The position numbers and the translations under genes are program-made. Shown piece after piece: positions 1 through 9,836 of a stretch of DNA of 64,000 bases (its first letter is position 1; the number at the start of each line of letters is the position of its first letter). Source of the stretch: Candidatus Hodarchaeota archaeon (lineage in GTDB: Archaea; Asgardarchaeota; Lokiarchaeia; Sigyniarchaeales; SOKP01); contig JBHLJY010000002.1 in the NCBI GenBank assembly GCA_048887225.1, forward strand, positions 224,001-288,000, written 5' to 3'. The notes below the pieces were generated by a model, which saw nothing but the letters and a program-made list of their open reading frames with translations, searched no databases and had not been told where the DNA came from.

Positions 1-2
1 TT

Positions 3-785
3 GGTGTTGGCTTAATTAATAAAGGTAAAGTTGCTATAAGTTTGGGTACCAGCGATACTTATTTTGGGTATTTAAAGGATTTATATTTAGATTTGAATGG
101 TGAGGGTCATGTTTTTGGTTCTCCAACCGGAGATTATATGAGCTTAATTTGTTTTAAAAATGGATCTTTAGCAAGGGAAAGGATTAAAGATAAATTTAAT
201 TTAGATTGGACTCGATTTTCTGAGATTTTAATTAAAACTCCCTCGGGTAATTTTGGAAAAATAATGCTTCCCTATTTTTTTCCTGAAATAGTGCCATTAG
301 TATTAGATTCTAAAGTATACAGGTTTGGTTTTGATGAAAATGACTTGGAAGGAAATGTAAGAGCAATAATAGAATCCCAATTCCTCTCGATGAGGCTACA
401 CTCCGAGTGGATTGGAGAAAAACCAAAAGAAATTTATGCAACTGGAGGCGCATCAGCAAATAAAGATATTTTACAGGTTGCCGCTAACATTTTTAATACA
501 CCTATTCGACGATTTGAAATAACAGACTCGGCTGCTTTAGGAGCTGTTTTTAGAACTGCAAAATCTTATTACGATTTCATTAACATTAAGAAGAGTTGGG
601 AAGAAATATTAATTAAATTTCGTCAAGATAGCGATATTATAGAGCCACAAAAAGAGATAAAAAAGTTATATGATGATATGCTTGGACTTTATAAAAAATG
701 TGAAGATTTTATTTTAAGAAATGGTGAAGATCCAGAACTTTTTCGAAAAAAATTTATTAAAAAATATTTTCCGCCTCAAATTTAA
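3..785 (+). CDS. FGGY-family carbohydrate kinase (xylulokinase-like), C-terminal part; 5'-truncated by the window edge
   Basis: Frame is open from position 3 (GVGLINKGKVAISLGTSDT). Motifs SLGTSDT, CFKNGSLARE, RAIIESQ, TGGASAN and SAALGA match xylulokinase FGGY_C. Confidence 0.85.
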   Translation, partial: GVGLINKGKVAISLGTSDTYFGYLKDLYLDLNGEGHVFGSPTGDYMSLICFKNGSLARERIKDKFNLDWTRFSEILIKTPSGNFGKIMLPYFFPEIVPLVLDSKVYRFGFDENDLEGNVRAIIESQFLSMRLHSEWIGEKPKEIYATGGASANKDILQVAANIFNTPIRRFEITDSAALGAVFRTAKSYYDFINIKKSWEEILIKFRQDSDIIEPQKEIKKLYDDMLGLYKKCEDFILRNGEDPELFRKKFIKKYFPPQI

Positions 786-901
786 CTCTTTTAATGATAA
801 TATCTGATGAATAATCAATCAATAAAAGTTATTTAGGAATGAAATAATTATAATATATATTTAACAAATCCTATTATTTTATCATTTGAGGCTAAAAGAA
901 G

Positions 902-1696
902 ATGAGTAAGGAAATTCCGGAGAATGTAAAGGAATCACTCCGAGCAATTGGGCTTACCGATTATGAAATCTCAATTTACCTTACGTTAATTTCAATGGGA
1001 CCAATGGATGCGCGGGAACTTTCAGAAGCTTCAGGGGTTCCGTATTCGCGTATATACAATATATTAACTCAACTCGAAAAGGATAAAATGTGGATAATAA
1101 AAGAGGAAGAGTCAAGACCCTCACGTTACTTTGCCAAATCCCCCGACGAGGCATTAATTATCGCAAAGAAGCAATACAACGACAATTTTGACGATCATTC
1201 AAATAAGATTATTCATACATTAACCCCTATATATCAATCACACGATACACCTATAAAAATTGCCTTGTATATCCATAGAGGCAGGGATGTTTGTTTAAAT
1301 AGAGCTCTTTCATTGATTGAAATGGCAAAAAATTCGATTTATTTAGTTTCTACGGATTCTGATTTTTTAGAAGCTTTTTACGATGATATTAAGAAAGCTA
1401 GAGCGAGAGGAGTTATAGATCTTAAATTATTAGTCGAGGATAAAGCTCTGGAAGATGGTAAATTCAAGACATTATTAAAAAAATATAAGGAACTCTGCGA
1501 AATTAAATCTCGAGATCAAGTTTTTGGTAGTTCCATTATTATCGATGAAGGTGAAGATGCCTTCATAGTTCTTTCTCAAAGATTTTTCGAAAGATTGTCT
1601 TATTTTGGAATTGTCACTGACCATATTGCTTTTGGTCCAGCTTCATTATTTTATTTTAGTTATCTTTATGATTCTGCGAATGAAGCAAAACTCTGA
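902..1696 (+). CDS. TrmB-family transcriptional regulator
   Basis: GLTDYE..Y..L, ARELSEASGVPYSRIY..L..L HTH, followed by an effector-like domain. Confidence 0.9.
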   Translation: MSKEIPENVKESLRAIGLTDYEISIYLTLISMGPMDARELSEASGVPYSRIYNILTQLEKDKMWIIKEEESRPSRYFAKSPDEALIIAKKQYNDNFDDHSNKIIHTLTPIYQSHDTPIKIALYIHRGRDVCLNRALSLIEMAKNSIYLVSTDSDFLEAFYDDIKKARARGVIDLKLLVEDKALEDGKFKTLLKKYKELCEIKSRDQVFGSSIIIDEGEDAFIVLSQRFFERLSYFGIVTDHIAFGPASLFYFSYLYDSANEAKL

Positions 1697-1752
1697 AAAA
1701 TAATATTTTTAACTTATTTATTAATTAAAATCAGTTTAAAGAGTTGATAAAA

Positions 1753-1983
1753 ATGGAAATGAAAGATTTTAATTTAATTAAACTTGAAAGAAAAGGTAAA
1801 ATCTGTATTCTTAGATTAAATCGCCCCGCAAAGAAAATTGCGATGAGTAAAGCCATGCGCTCAGAAATTTTAGCAATTTCGCAGTTACTTAGGGTTAATA
1901 ATATCTTTTTCGATCAATATCAAGCATTTGAAGCTGAAATTAATAGCATTATTGAAAGCATGAAAAAAATATTAAATATGTGA
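1753..1983 (+). pseudogene. Truncated enoyl-CoA hydratase/crotonase N-terminal remnant
   Basis: IKLERKGKICILRLNRPAKKIAMSKAM resembles the crotonase N-terminus (LNRP.k.NA). Similarity ends after ~40 aa. Confidence 0.55.
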
Positions 1984-2041
1984 TTTTAAAAAGGATAATA
2001 ATATTCTAAACTTTACCTTATTAATATTTATTAATAACATT

Positions 2042-2959
2042 ATGACTGATTTTCAAGGTATATTTCCAGCGACTATTACTCCAATGAAAGAAGATTTTTC
2101 TATAGATTTGGAGAGTTTTAAAAATTATTTAAGCTGGTTAATAGATCAAGGTGTTAATGGTTTTGCTATAAATGTTGATACTGGTGAGGGTCCTTCTTTA
2201 ACCTCTGAAGAGAGAATGTTGCTATTAAAGGCTGCTAAAGAAATATCTGGAGGCTTAAAATTAATCGCGGGAATAATAGGTGGGTCAACCGAAAGCGCTA
2301 TTAGAGAAGCCAAAAACGCGATTTCTTGTGGTGCAGACGCGTATTTAATTTTTCCAAATGCAGTATTTAGAGGTGAACCTCAAGATTCAAATTTAATTTA
2401 TAAATATCACCAAGAAATTGCTTCAGAAACAAATACAGACATTATTATATTTAATTTACAAGATGCCCTTGGAGGATGTATCTATACAAATAAAACTCTA
2501 AAAATGCTACTATCAATACCTCAAGTAAAAGCTATAAAAGAAGCGAGTTTCGATATTTCGATTTATAAATCAGTTTATGACTTCTTAAAAAATCAAGATA
2601 AGAAAATCTCATTTTTAACTGGAAATGATAATTTTATATTAGAATCCTTTTTACTAGGTGCTGATGGTGGGTTATTAGGGGCGTGCTCTCAGTTAACTAA
2701 GTGGCAAGTTGATTGTTTTAAATATATTAAATCTAAACAATTTGAGCAAGCAATTAAGCTGTCAAATTTTTTTCAACCCATAGTTGATATAACCTTTATG
2801 CCACCCATTAGAAATTACCGTGCTAGAACTAAATATTCATTAATGCTTCAAGGTATCATTCCTAATGATTTTGTGAGACCTCCTTTAATGGAAATGTCTG
2901 AAAATGAAAAAAAAGTTATAAAGGATGCATTAAAATCCTCAGGAATAATAAAAAATTAA
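2042..2959 (+). CDS. DHDPS/NAL-family class I aldolase/lyase (non-canonical)
   Basis: GIFPATITP, TGEGPSLT.EER, Schiff-base AIKEAS, LTGND, GADGGLLG, VRPPL. Confidence 0.85.
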   Translation: MTDFQGIFPATITPMKEDFSIDLESFKNYLSWLIDQGVNGFAINVDTGEGPSLTSEERMLLLKAAKEISGGLKLIAGIIGGSTESAIREAKNAISCGADAYLIFPNAVFRGEPQDSNLIYKYHQEIASETNTDIIIFNLQDALGGCIYTNKTLKMLLSIPQVKAIKEASFDISIYKSVYDFLKNQDKKISFLTGNDNFILESFLLGADGGLLGACSQLTKWQVDCFKYIKSKQFEQAIKLSNFFQPIVDITFMPPIRNYRARTKYSLMLQGIIPNDFVRPPLMEMSENEKKVIKDALKSSGIIKN

Positions 2960-2964
2960 AAATA

Positions 2965-4362
2965 TTATTCAATTCTGATAAATTTATTTTTATATAAAGG
3001 ATCTCTAATAGCACATCCTGTGTTTTGTCCATCTCTCATTAATTGTGAACATTTTGAACAAGATATACAAGTTTTATTTTTATCAATAATTCCATCTTGA
3101 AAAATTTGTTTCGGGAACTCAGGATTAGCGAATGCCATTCTTCCAAAACCACAGATATCTACTTTTTTTTCGTGAATCAATCCCGTAGCGACATAAGTTG
3201 CAAATTGTCGCAAATAAGAATATCCAGATCCTATAACCACTAAATCTTTTGGTATGTGCTCTTTAATACTTGATGCCAAATTAAGAATTCTATTCACGCT
3301 ATAAAGAGGATGTTCATTAGGTAAACTTCCTCCTTTAACAGGTGTATCATAAGGCCTTGTAATTTGTGGTTTATAATGTGGATTACCAGCAGAAATATTT
3401 ATTAATCGTAAACCAATATGGTATAATTTTTTAATTAATTCTATAGGCTCTGAAAGATCGATCGTTGCTGGAAAAACTTCATTTTCTTTTGATTTAACAC
3501 CAAATCCATTAGGGTAAGGAATGCCGTCATATACGCTCATTCGAGTTGTAATAAAAAATTCAGAATTATTTTTCAGTTTTTTAATTGATTTTTTAACAAT
3601 ATTTAGAAATAATTTTGCTCTCTTTTCTAAAGATTTCCCCCCATATTTAGAGTTATTTCGTGTTCTAGAACTTAATAATTCGCTAATTAAATAACCATGA
3701 CTTGATTTTATATCAACACCATCAAAACCTATTTCTCTTGCCAAAATTGTTTTATTAACCCAATTATCTTCAATTTCTTCTAAATCTCTATCAGAAATAA
3801 CGATCCCATCGTTCTTCGAAACCCCAATAGCTTCATCCAGCTCAGAATTATGATATGCTCGTATTGGATATCTTTTGCCTTCTCTTCTGCAATATCTTCC
3901 TGAATGATTTAATTGCAAAATAAGTATACAATTATTTTTAAAACCCAACTTCTTTAATGTATTATTAGAAATTTCTCTAACAAAAGATATAAGTTCTTTA
4001 AATTTGCTATAAGTATTCTCAGTTAAAATTAATTGATGTTGATTTGAGCGACAATTTTCGGAAATTGCAGTCGCCTCAAACCAAATTAATCCCGCTCCTC
4101 CTTTTGCATATCGTTCATATCGTCTACATGTTAATTTACTTGGTTTTCCATCTAAATTTGCGTCGAAACCTTCCATAGGTTGTATCGATAATCGATTTGG
4201 AATAAATATATTTTTTAATTTAACTCTTTGTTGTAAATATTCTACATCTGCACTAATTGGAATTGTTAAATTTAATTTAGTTATTTTATTTTTTAATTCT
4301 GTAAGTGTTTTATACGAAAATGGCTCAAATCTAGCATGGGAAGGTTTGGAAATTGTATTCAT
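2965..4362 (-). CDS. NADH:flavin oxidoreductase (Old Yellow Enzyme family)
   Basis: PNR...QPMEG, RYAKGGAGLIWFEA, LQLNHSGR, GFDGVDIKSSHGYL, YGG.SLE.R, GFGRMAFANP, C-terminal CISCSKC. Confidence 0.9.
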   Translation of the reverse strand: MNTISKPSHARFEPFSYKTLTELKNKITKLNLTIPISADVEYLQQRVKLKNIFIPNRLSIQPMEGFDANLDGKPSKLTCRRYERYAKGGAGLIWFEATAISENCRSNQHQLILTENTYSKFKELISFVREISNNTLKKLGFKNNCILILQLNHSGRYCRREGKRYPIRAYHNSELDEAIGVSKNDGIVISDRDLEEIEDNWVNKTILAREIGFDGVDIKSSHGYLISELLSSRTRNNSKYGGKSLEKRAKLFLNIVKKSIKKLKNNSEFFITTRMSVYDGIPYPNGFGVKSKENEVFPATIDLSEPIELIKKLYHIGLRLINISAGNPHYKPQITRPYDTPVKGGSLPNEHPLYSVNRILNLASSIKEHIPKDLVVIGSGYSYLRQFATYVATGLIHEKKVDICGFGRMAFANPEFPKQIFQDGIIDKNKTCISCSKCSQLMRDGQNTGCAIRDPLYKNKFIRIE

Positions 4363-4410
4363 TATTTAATTAAATCATATAAGTAAATAAAGTACTTTGC
4401 ATTTTATCCT

Positions 4411-5049
4411 ATGATGACAACGGCTAAGAGAAAGATTCTACTATATCAAGGTGGAAGATACTTTCATTTAGAAAAAACGTGTAATTATTTCGAAAATATA
4501 TTAAGCGATTATATTATAGATTGTTTCAATAGTGTAGAAATATTTGGAACTGAAAATTTTTTTGAATATGATACAACAATTTTTTTTAGCCAAGAGGGCA
4601 AATTTACTGAAGAACAAGAAAAAAACGTCCTCGAATTTGTAGCTGGTGGAAAAGGTTTTATTGGATTGCATGGTGCATCTGCTTCATTTAAAACTCATAC
4701 AAGATATTTTGAGATGCTTGGAGGACGCTTTATTAGCCATAAAAGTGTTACGAATTTTGATGTGAATATAATTGATAAAACCCATAAAATTACACGGGGT
4801 ATAGAAAACTTCACCTTTAAGGATGAGCCATACCGACACGATTTTTCAACAAGTACGAATATCCATATATTGGCTGAGGCTAATTATCATGATAATAAAA
4901 ATCGAAAGCCTGAACCTATAATGTGGACAAAAACTTATGGAAAGGGGAGAGTTTTTTACTGTGCTTTAGGTCATAGAACTATATCTCTTAAAGATGTAAT
5001 TTTTCAAACAATTATTAAAAGAGCAGTAAGATGGGTATTAAAGGATTAA
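4411..5049 (+). CDS. ThuA-like domain protein
   Basis: FVAGGKGFIGLHGA, MLGGRF..H, DEPY, WTKTYGKGRVFYCALGH. Confidence 0.85.
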   Translation: MMTTAKRKILLYQGGRYFHLEKTCNYFENILSDYIIDCFNSVEIFGTENFFEYDTTIFFSQEGKFTEEQEKNVLEFVAGGKGFIGLHGASASFKTHTRYFEMLGGRFISHKSVTNFDVNIIDKTHKITRGIENFTFKDEPYRHDFSTSTNIHILAEANYHDNKNRKPEPIMWTKTYGKGRVFYCALGHRTISLKDVIFQTIIKRAVRWVLKD

Positions 5050-5056
5050 ATATAAG

Positions 5057-6091
5057 GTGAATATTATTACGAATAAAAAAGAATTTTTAATGATTGGAAT
5101 TATTGGATGTGGCTGGGTTACCGAGTACATTAAGCCAGTTACAAAAAATCTCGAAAATCTAAAAATTGTTGCTGCTGTTGATCCAATTTTAGAACGAGCT
5201 AATAAAATAGCTGGTAAGGAGCATTCATATGAGGATCCTTCAAAAATGTATAAAAATGAAAATATCGATGCAGTTTATATTGCGACTCCTCATAATCTTC
5301 ATAAACCTATGATCAAACAAGCATTAGAAGAGGGAAAACATGTTTTTTGCGAAAAGCCCGTTTCAACCACGATTGAAAATGCTCGTGAAATTTTTGAATT
5401 GGATAAAAAATATCCCAGCTTAAAGATTGGCTTTAATTATCAATATAGATATGATTATAATTGTTATAATTTGACGTATGGAGTTAAAGAAGGGCATATA
5501 GGAAAGGTATATTATGCGAATTGTAACGTTTTTTTCAGTCGAGAAATAGATTATTTTAACAAAGGTATTTGGAGAACCAAATTAGGAAATGCAGGGGGTG
5601 GAACTTTATTAGGCCATGGCTCACATATTCTTGATATTATGATATGGGCTCTGGGCGAACCCATATCTGTTATGGGTAAAATTGATAATTTGAAATTTAA
5701 TATTGAAGTTGAAGATATTGGATTTGGTATTATCAAATTTGAAAATGGAGTTTACGGGCAAATAAACGATTCTATGATAATAAAACCGAGGAAAAAAAGG
5801 ATTAATGATTGCGTAGAATTAGATATTTTTGGAGAAATTGGAAGCTGTTCTTACAAAGGCCCATGGCCATTTTCTTCTTTAAATTGGTATGGAGTAGAAG
5901 ATTTTAAAATAAAAGAAAATGTTGCCGGCAAATCTCATTTTAGCGAATGTCTCGGATCATATCTCAATTGGGTTTTATACGACACACCATTCTTTAACAC
6001 AGTAGAAGAAAGCTCAAGAGTCTTAAGATTAATCTCTGCAATCTACAAATCCTCAAAAACTGGTAAAGAAGTAAAAGTCGAGAAACTTTAA
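5057..6091 (+). CDS. Gfo/Idh/MocA-family oxidoreductase
   Basis: GIIGCG, DAVYIATP..LH, GKHVFCEKP, GGGTL...H.LD. Confidence 0.9.
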   Translation: MNIITNKKEFLMIGIIGCGWVTEYIKPVTKNLENLKIVAAVDPILERANKIAGKEHSYEDPSKMYKNENIDAVYIATPHNLHKPMIKQALEEGKHVFCEKPVSTTIENAREIFELDKKYPSLKIGFNYQYRYDYNCYNLTYGVKEGHIGKVYYANCNVFFSREIDYFNKGIWRTKLGNAGGGTLLGHGSHILDIMIWALGEPISVMGKIDNLKFNIEVEDIGFGIIKFENGVYGQINDSMIIKPRKKRINDCVELDIFGEIGSCSYKGPWPFSSLNWYGVEDFKIKENVAGKSHFSECLGSYLNWVLYDTPFFNTVEESSRVLRLISAIYKSSKTGKEVKVEKL

Positions 6092-6118
6092 TTATCTCTA
6101 AACTTATGAAAGAATAAT

Positions 6119-6574
6119 TTACCTTATAAACGCCCTTTTACCTAAGAAGATAAAAAGCTCCCCAAGTTCAAATAGAGTGAGAGGTTGAACAAGTCTAGCC
6201 ATTTGATGGCGGAGTTCTGCTTTCTTGAGTCCAGCAATAATTAATTTTTCAATATCTTCGATATAATCTTCCATATTTATAAATAATATTTCAATTTTCG
6301 CAACACCAGTTAATTCTTCGATATCTTTATCTAAATGCTTCTCAATTTGATTTAATAACCCTAATTTTAATTTTGGTTCTAAATCATATTCGACAATTAG
6401 TCGATTCATCTCTTCTATTACAATATTTAAAGTTAAATTCCAATCTTTATTCTCTTTATATTTCGGAATTAAAATTTCGCTAATTATTACCTCAAAAAGA
6501 GTTCGCGGTGCTTGTTCATCGAATTCTAATTCCAGTCCAGTTGATAAATTAATATTTTTAACTTCTTTGGCCAT
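6119..6574 (-). CDS. Hypothetical helical protein
   Basis: 151-aa ORF with an ATG start and GTGA-like RBS; no recognised motif. Confidence 0.6.
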   Translation of the reverse strand: MAKEVKNINLSTGLELEFDEQAPRTLFEVIISEILIPKYKENKDWNLTLNIVIEEMNRLIVEYDLEPKLKLGLLNQIEKHLDKDIEELTGVAKIEILFINMEDYIEDIEKLIIAGLKKAELRHQMARLVQPLTLFELGELFIFLGKRAFIR

Positions 6575-6658
6575 TTTAAATCACAAGAATTTTTCGACAA
6601 TTGAATTATTAATAAATAAATTAAATATTAAATATTTTTATTCTTTCGATAATACTTA

Positions 6659-7774
6659 CTAATAAAAAATTTTATTTGAATGACTAAAAGATATAAACGA
6701 ATCACTTGTAATTAAAATTTGATCTTCTGTACGTGCGCCTCCTAAGCCGTGTATGTACAATCCAGGCTCAATTGTCACAACCATATTTTCCTCTAAAACA
6801 TCTTGAGAAATTGGTGATAAATACGGATTTTCATGTATATCGATACCAACTCCATGTCCAAGACTATGAAGAAATCTTGCTCCCCATTCTTTTTTTTTAT
6901 CAATAAAATAATCTCTAACGAGTTTATCCATATCTTGACAAATTTTGCCAGCTTTTATATTATCTAACGCATATTGTTGTGCATTATTAACTAGATTTAT
7001 TAATTCGGCTTTTTCTTTACTTACTTTGCCAAAAATAAAAGTTCTTGTCAAATCAGAACAATATCCATTATGACGTGCCCCAATATCGACAATAATTATA
7101 TCGCCATCTTGAATTTTCTTATCAGAAGTTTTAGCATGAGGAAGTGCTGAATTTTCTTCTGAGGCTACAATGGTGTCAAAAGAAGTACCTTCTGATCCTA
7201 ACTTTCGCATAACATATTCCGCCTCTGCAGCAAGATCGTATTCTGTCTTGCCTTCTTCTATTTTATTGAGAATAGTCTTAAATCCGATATCACTTAATTT
7301 TGCAGCTTTTTTCATCCTTTCTATTTCTTCTTTAGTTTTTATTATCCTCGCTCGATTAATTATTTCTGAAATCCCTATAAATTGAGACACTTTAAATTTT
7401 TCTCTCCACTCTTTATATCTCTTAAATGAAATATAATCGTCTTCAAATCCTACAGAATTAAGTTCTAAATTGTTAATAGCTTTATATATGAAGTTTGGCT
7501 TTCCCTGAGGAATTTGCTTAATCTCTGTAATTTTAGAAAGAATTTTATCTTTTTCAATGATTTTTTTTGCCTGATCGTATTCTAACGCATTTAGAAAGAC
7601 CCAAATATTCCCATCGTTATATTTTAGATCCACTCTTGGAATAAAAATCACTACTTCACTTTCAACTTTAAATCCAAGAATATAAATAACGTTCTGAGGT
7701 TTTGTGATTAAAATTCCATCGATCTCACCGAATTTTTCGTGAGAACGAATTCGATTCATTCTTTGTAAGCTCAC
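6659..7774 (-). CDS. Xaa-Pro aminopeptidase/prolidase (M24B)
   Basis: R.IKTKEEIE, SALPHA, DIGA..GYCSDLTRT, HSLGHGVGIDIHE, TIEPGLY, RTED. Confidence 0.93.
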   Translation of the reverse strand: MSLQRMNRIRSHEKFGEIDGILITKPQNVIYILGFKVESEVVIFIPRVDLKYNDGNIWVFLNALEYDQAKKIIEKDKILSKITEIKQIPQGKPNFIYKAINNLELNSVGFEDDYISFKRYKEWREKFKVSQFIGISEIINRARIIKTKEEIERMKKAAKLSDIGFKTILNKIEEGKTEYDLAAEAEYVMRKLGSEGTSFDTIVASEENSALPHAKTSDKKIQDGDIIIVDIGARHNGYCSDLTRTFIFGKVSKEKAELINLVNNAQQYALDNIKAGKICQDMDKLVRDYFIDKKKEWGARFLHSLGHGVGIDIHENPYLSPISQDVLEENMVVTIEPGLYIHGLGGARTEDQILITSDSFISFSHSNKIFY

Positions 7775-8177
7775 AATAATTTAAATCTCCCAAATATATC
7801 AATATATTTTATATTAAACCATTATCTTTAAAAAATTCTTAATAGTTTTAAACGAAATTTTAGTTAGTTGATCAAAAATATATTATTTTTAAAATTTGAG
7901 TAATTTCTTAATTTCAGAAAAATTTCCAATACAAATTTAATAGAATAAATTAAGATCTTTTTTTTCACTTTTTTTAGGAAAAAAATGAAATCATCGGTTA
8001 TACGAATATGTAGTCAATTTAAGACATATTGGTGATTATTGATAAATAGATAAATGTAAATATATATTAAAATAGAATATTTTGAAGTTTTTACGTTTAT
8101 AACTTCAATTTTATAATTTCCTTTTTTTCATAGGAAAAAAGAACATTTAAATATGATATTATTTAATATAAACTTAA

Positions 8178-8318
8178 TAAAATCGGAAAGTCCATGAAAA
8201 AAAATATATTCTTATACCTAAAGCCGATGAAAGGCAATACCTCAACCCTTAACCCTGTTATTAGATAAATATGTCTCCTCTTTTTTCTACTTTTAAGCGA
8301 TCATGGTTTCCGATTTTA
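8178..8318. ncRNA. Candidate structured small RNA (or MITE) bounded by an imperfect terminal inverted repeat
   Basis: TAAAATCGGAAAGTCCATGA (8178-8197) pairs with TCATGGTTTCCGATTTTA (8301-8318): 18 bp with a 2-nt bulge. Internal GCC-GATGAAA-GGC hairpin. Lies in a 670-bp intergenic gap with TATA-like and T-tract flanks. Confidence 0.35.
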
Positions 8319-8448
8319 ATACTTTTTCTTTTTTAATTTTTTAAAAAAACAACGATAGAATGAATCTACTTCATGATTATTTTTTTAACTAAAAGCTTTT
8401 ACATTTTTGTAGTTTAATCTAATGATAATCTTTGAATATCAAAAATGA

Positions 8449-9651
8449 TCAAATCTTTGAATTCTTTAATTCGGGGAGATATTTCTCATCGCATATTTTT
8501 ATAAGCGATTTTATATAATCCATCATTTTTTTAGCGAGTTCTGGGTGTGCGAGTAAATCAACTTCGATTTTATCTCCGCGATCCCATAATGAATATGGTT
8601 TATTTTCATATGGTGCTTTTTTCTTTACCTCTTCTATCCAACTTCGAGGCAACTCATTATCTAATTCAACATCCAACATTTTAGCTAAAAATAAAGTCCA
8701 TGCTCTCGGTACAACTGTCATTAAATATCCCCCCCCACCTACGGCAAGCCATTTTTTATTACAATATTTTTCAGCATATAACTCAATTTTTTTTGCTAAA
8801 TCTTTGTAACCTTGTATTGAAAGACCCATTTGAGTAAGCGGATCGTTGTAATGAGTATCTACTCCAAGCTGAGAAATTAATATATCTGGTTTATATGCAT
8901 TTAATATTCTCGGGACGCAATAACTAAATAATCTTAAAAACATTTTATTATTAGTCCCTGGTAATAATGGAAAATTAATAGCATATCCTTTACCTTCTCC
9001 TTCACCGCGTTCATTAAGATCACCCGTTCCCGGAAATAAAAATTCTCCGCTTTCGTGAAAAGAAATAGTTAATACGTTTGGATCATCATAAAAAAGCCAT
9101 TGAACGCCATCTCCGTGATGAGCGTCAATATCGACATAAGCAATTTTTATATCATTTTGTAATTTCTTCAAGTGTTTAATAGCAACCGCAATATCGTTAA
9201 AGATACAAAAACCTGACGCTTTACTTTTCATGGCATGATGAAGCCCGCCCGCGGGATTAAATGCAACATTGAAATCGACGTCAGTCCAAACTTTATTAGC
9301 AGCAATTAAAGTACCTCCACAGACTAAAGACGATGCTTCATACATACCTTTAAAAATCGGATTATCTCCAGGTCCTAAGCCATAAGCGATTGGTTTAACG
9401 GATTTATCAGCTGGATTATTACTTAATTTTTTTACTGCTTCAATATAGTTAGGTGAATGAACTTTTTCTAATTCTTCTTTGGTGCAAATGCGGGGTGCAA
9501 TAATTTTTAATCTTGGGTGATCTAATAGCCCTAATTTTTCCATTAAGCTATAAGTTAACGTTAGCCTCAGAGGTCTTAGAGGATGCATTGGTCCAAAATT
9601 ATATTTTTGATATTTCTCTGAAAAAATAAGACCTACCTTTATGCTATCCAT
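8449..9651 (-). CDS. Zn-dependent deacetylase, HDAC class I/AcuC-like
   Basis: HPLRP.R, GGLHHA..SKASGFCIFND, DIDAHHGDG, SFHE, GVDTH..DPL, GGGGY. Confidence 0.93.
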   Translation of the reverse strand: MDSIKVGLIFSEKYQKYNFGPMHPLRPLRLTLTYSLMEKLGLLDHPRLKIIAPRICTKEELEKVHSPNYIEAVKKLSNNPADKSVKPIAYGLGPGDNPIFKGMYEASSLVCGGTLIAANKVWTDVDFNVAFNPAGGLHHAMKSKASGFCIFNDIAVAIKHLKKLQNDIKIAYVDIDAHHGDGVQWLFYDDPNVLTISFHESGEFLFPGTGDLNERGEGEGKGYAINFPLLPGTNNKMFLRLFSYCVPRILNAYKPDILISQLGVDTHYNDPLTQMGLSIQGYKDLAKKIELYAEKYCNKKWLAVGGGGYLMTVVPRAWTLFLAKMLDVELDNELPRSWIEEVKKKAPYENKPYSLWDRGDKIEVDLLAHPELAKKMMDYIKSLIKICDEKYLPELKNSKI

Positions 9652-9836
9652 TATAATAAAAATAAAATTAAGTTCTATTTTAACTAAATTATTATTTTTT
9701 AAACAGAGATTTTAAGATGAATTCCAATAGAAAGCAGAAATAAACTAAAAGTAGGATTAAATATTAAGGATAATATTAAATATTATACCGAAAAAATAAA
9801 GACTTCTATAATATAAATAACTTTTATCCTTAAAGA

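Noticed and set aside
7775-8170. Replication origin in the AT-rich gap
   Set aside because: No ORB-like repeats or adjacent orc1/cdc6 gene.
8194-8268. 24-codon ORF MKKNIFLYLKPMKGNTSTLNPVIR; also hammerhead or SECIS motifs in the same element
   Set aside because: No RBS or homology evidence. CCGATGA is not the CUGAUGA core with the required stems, and SECIS stem geometry is absent.
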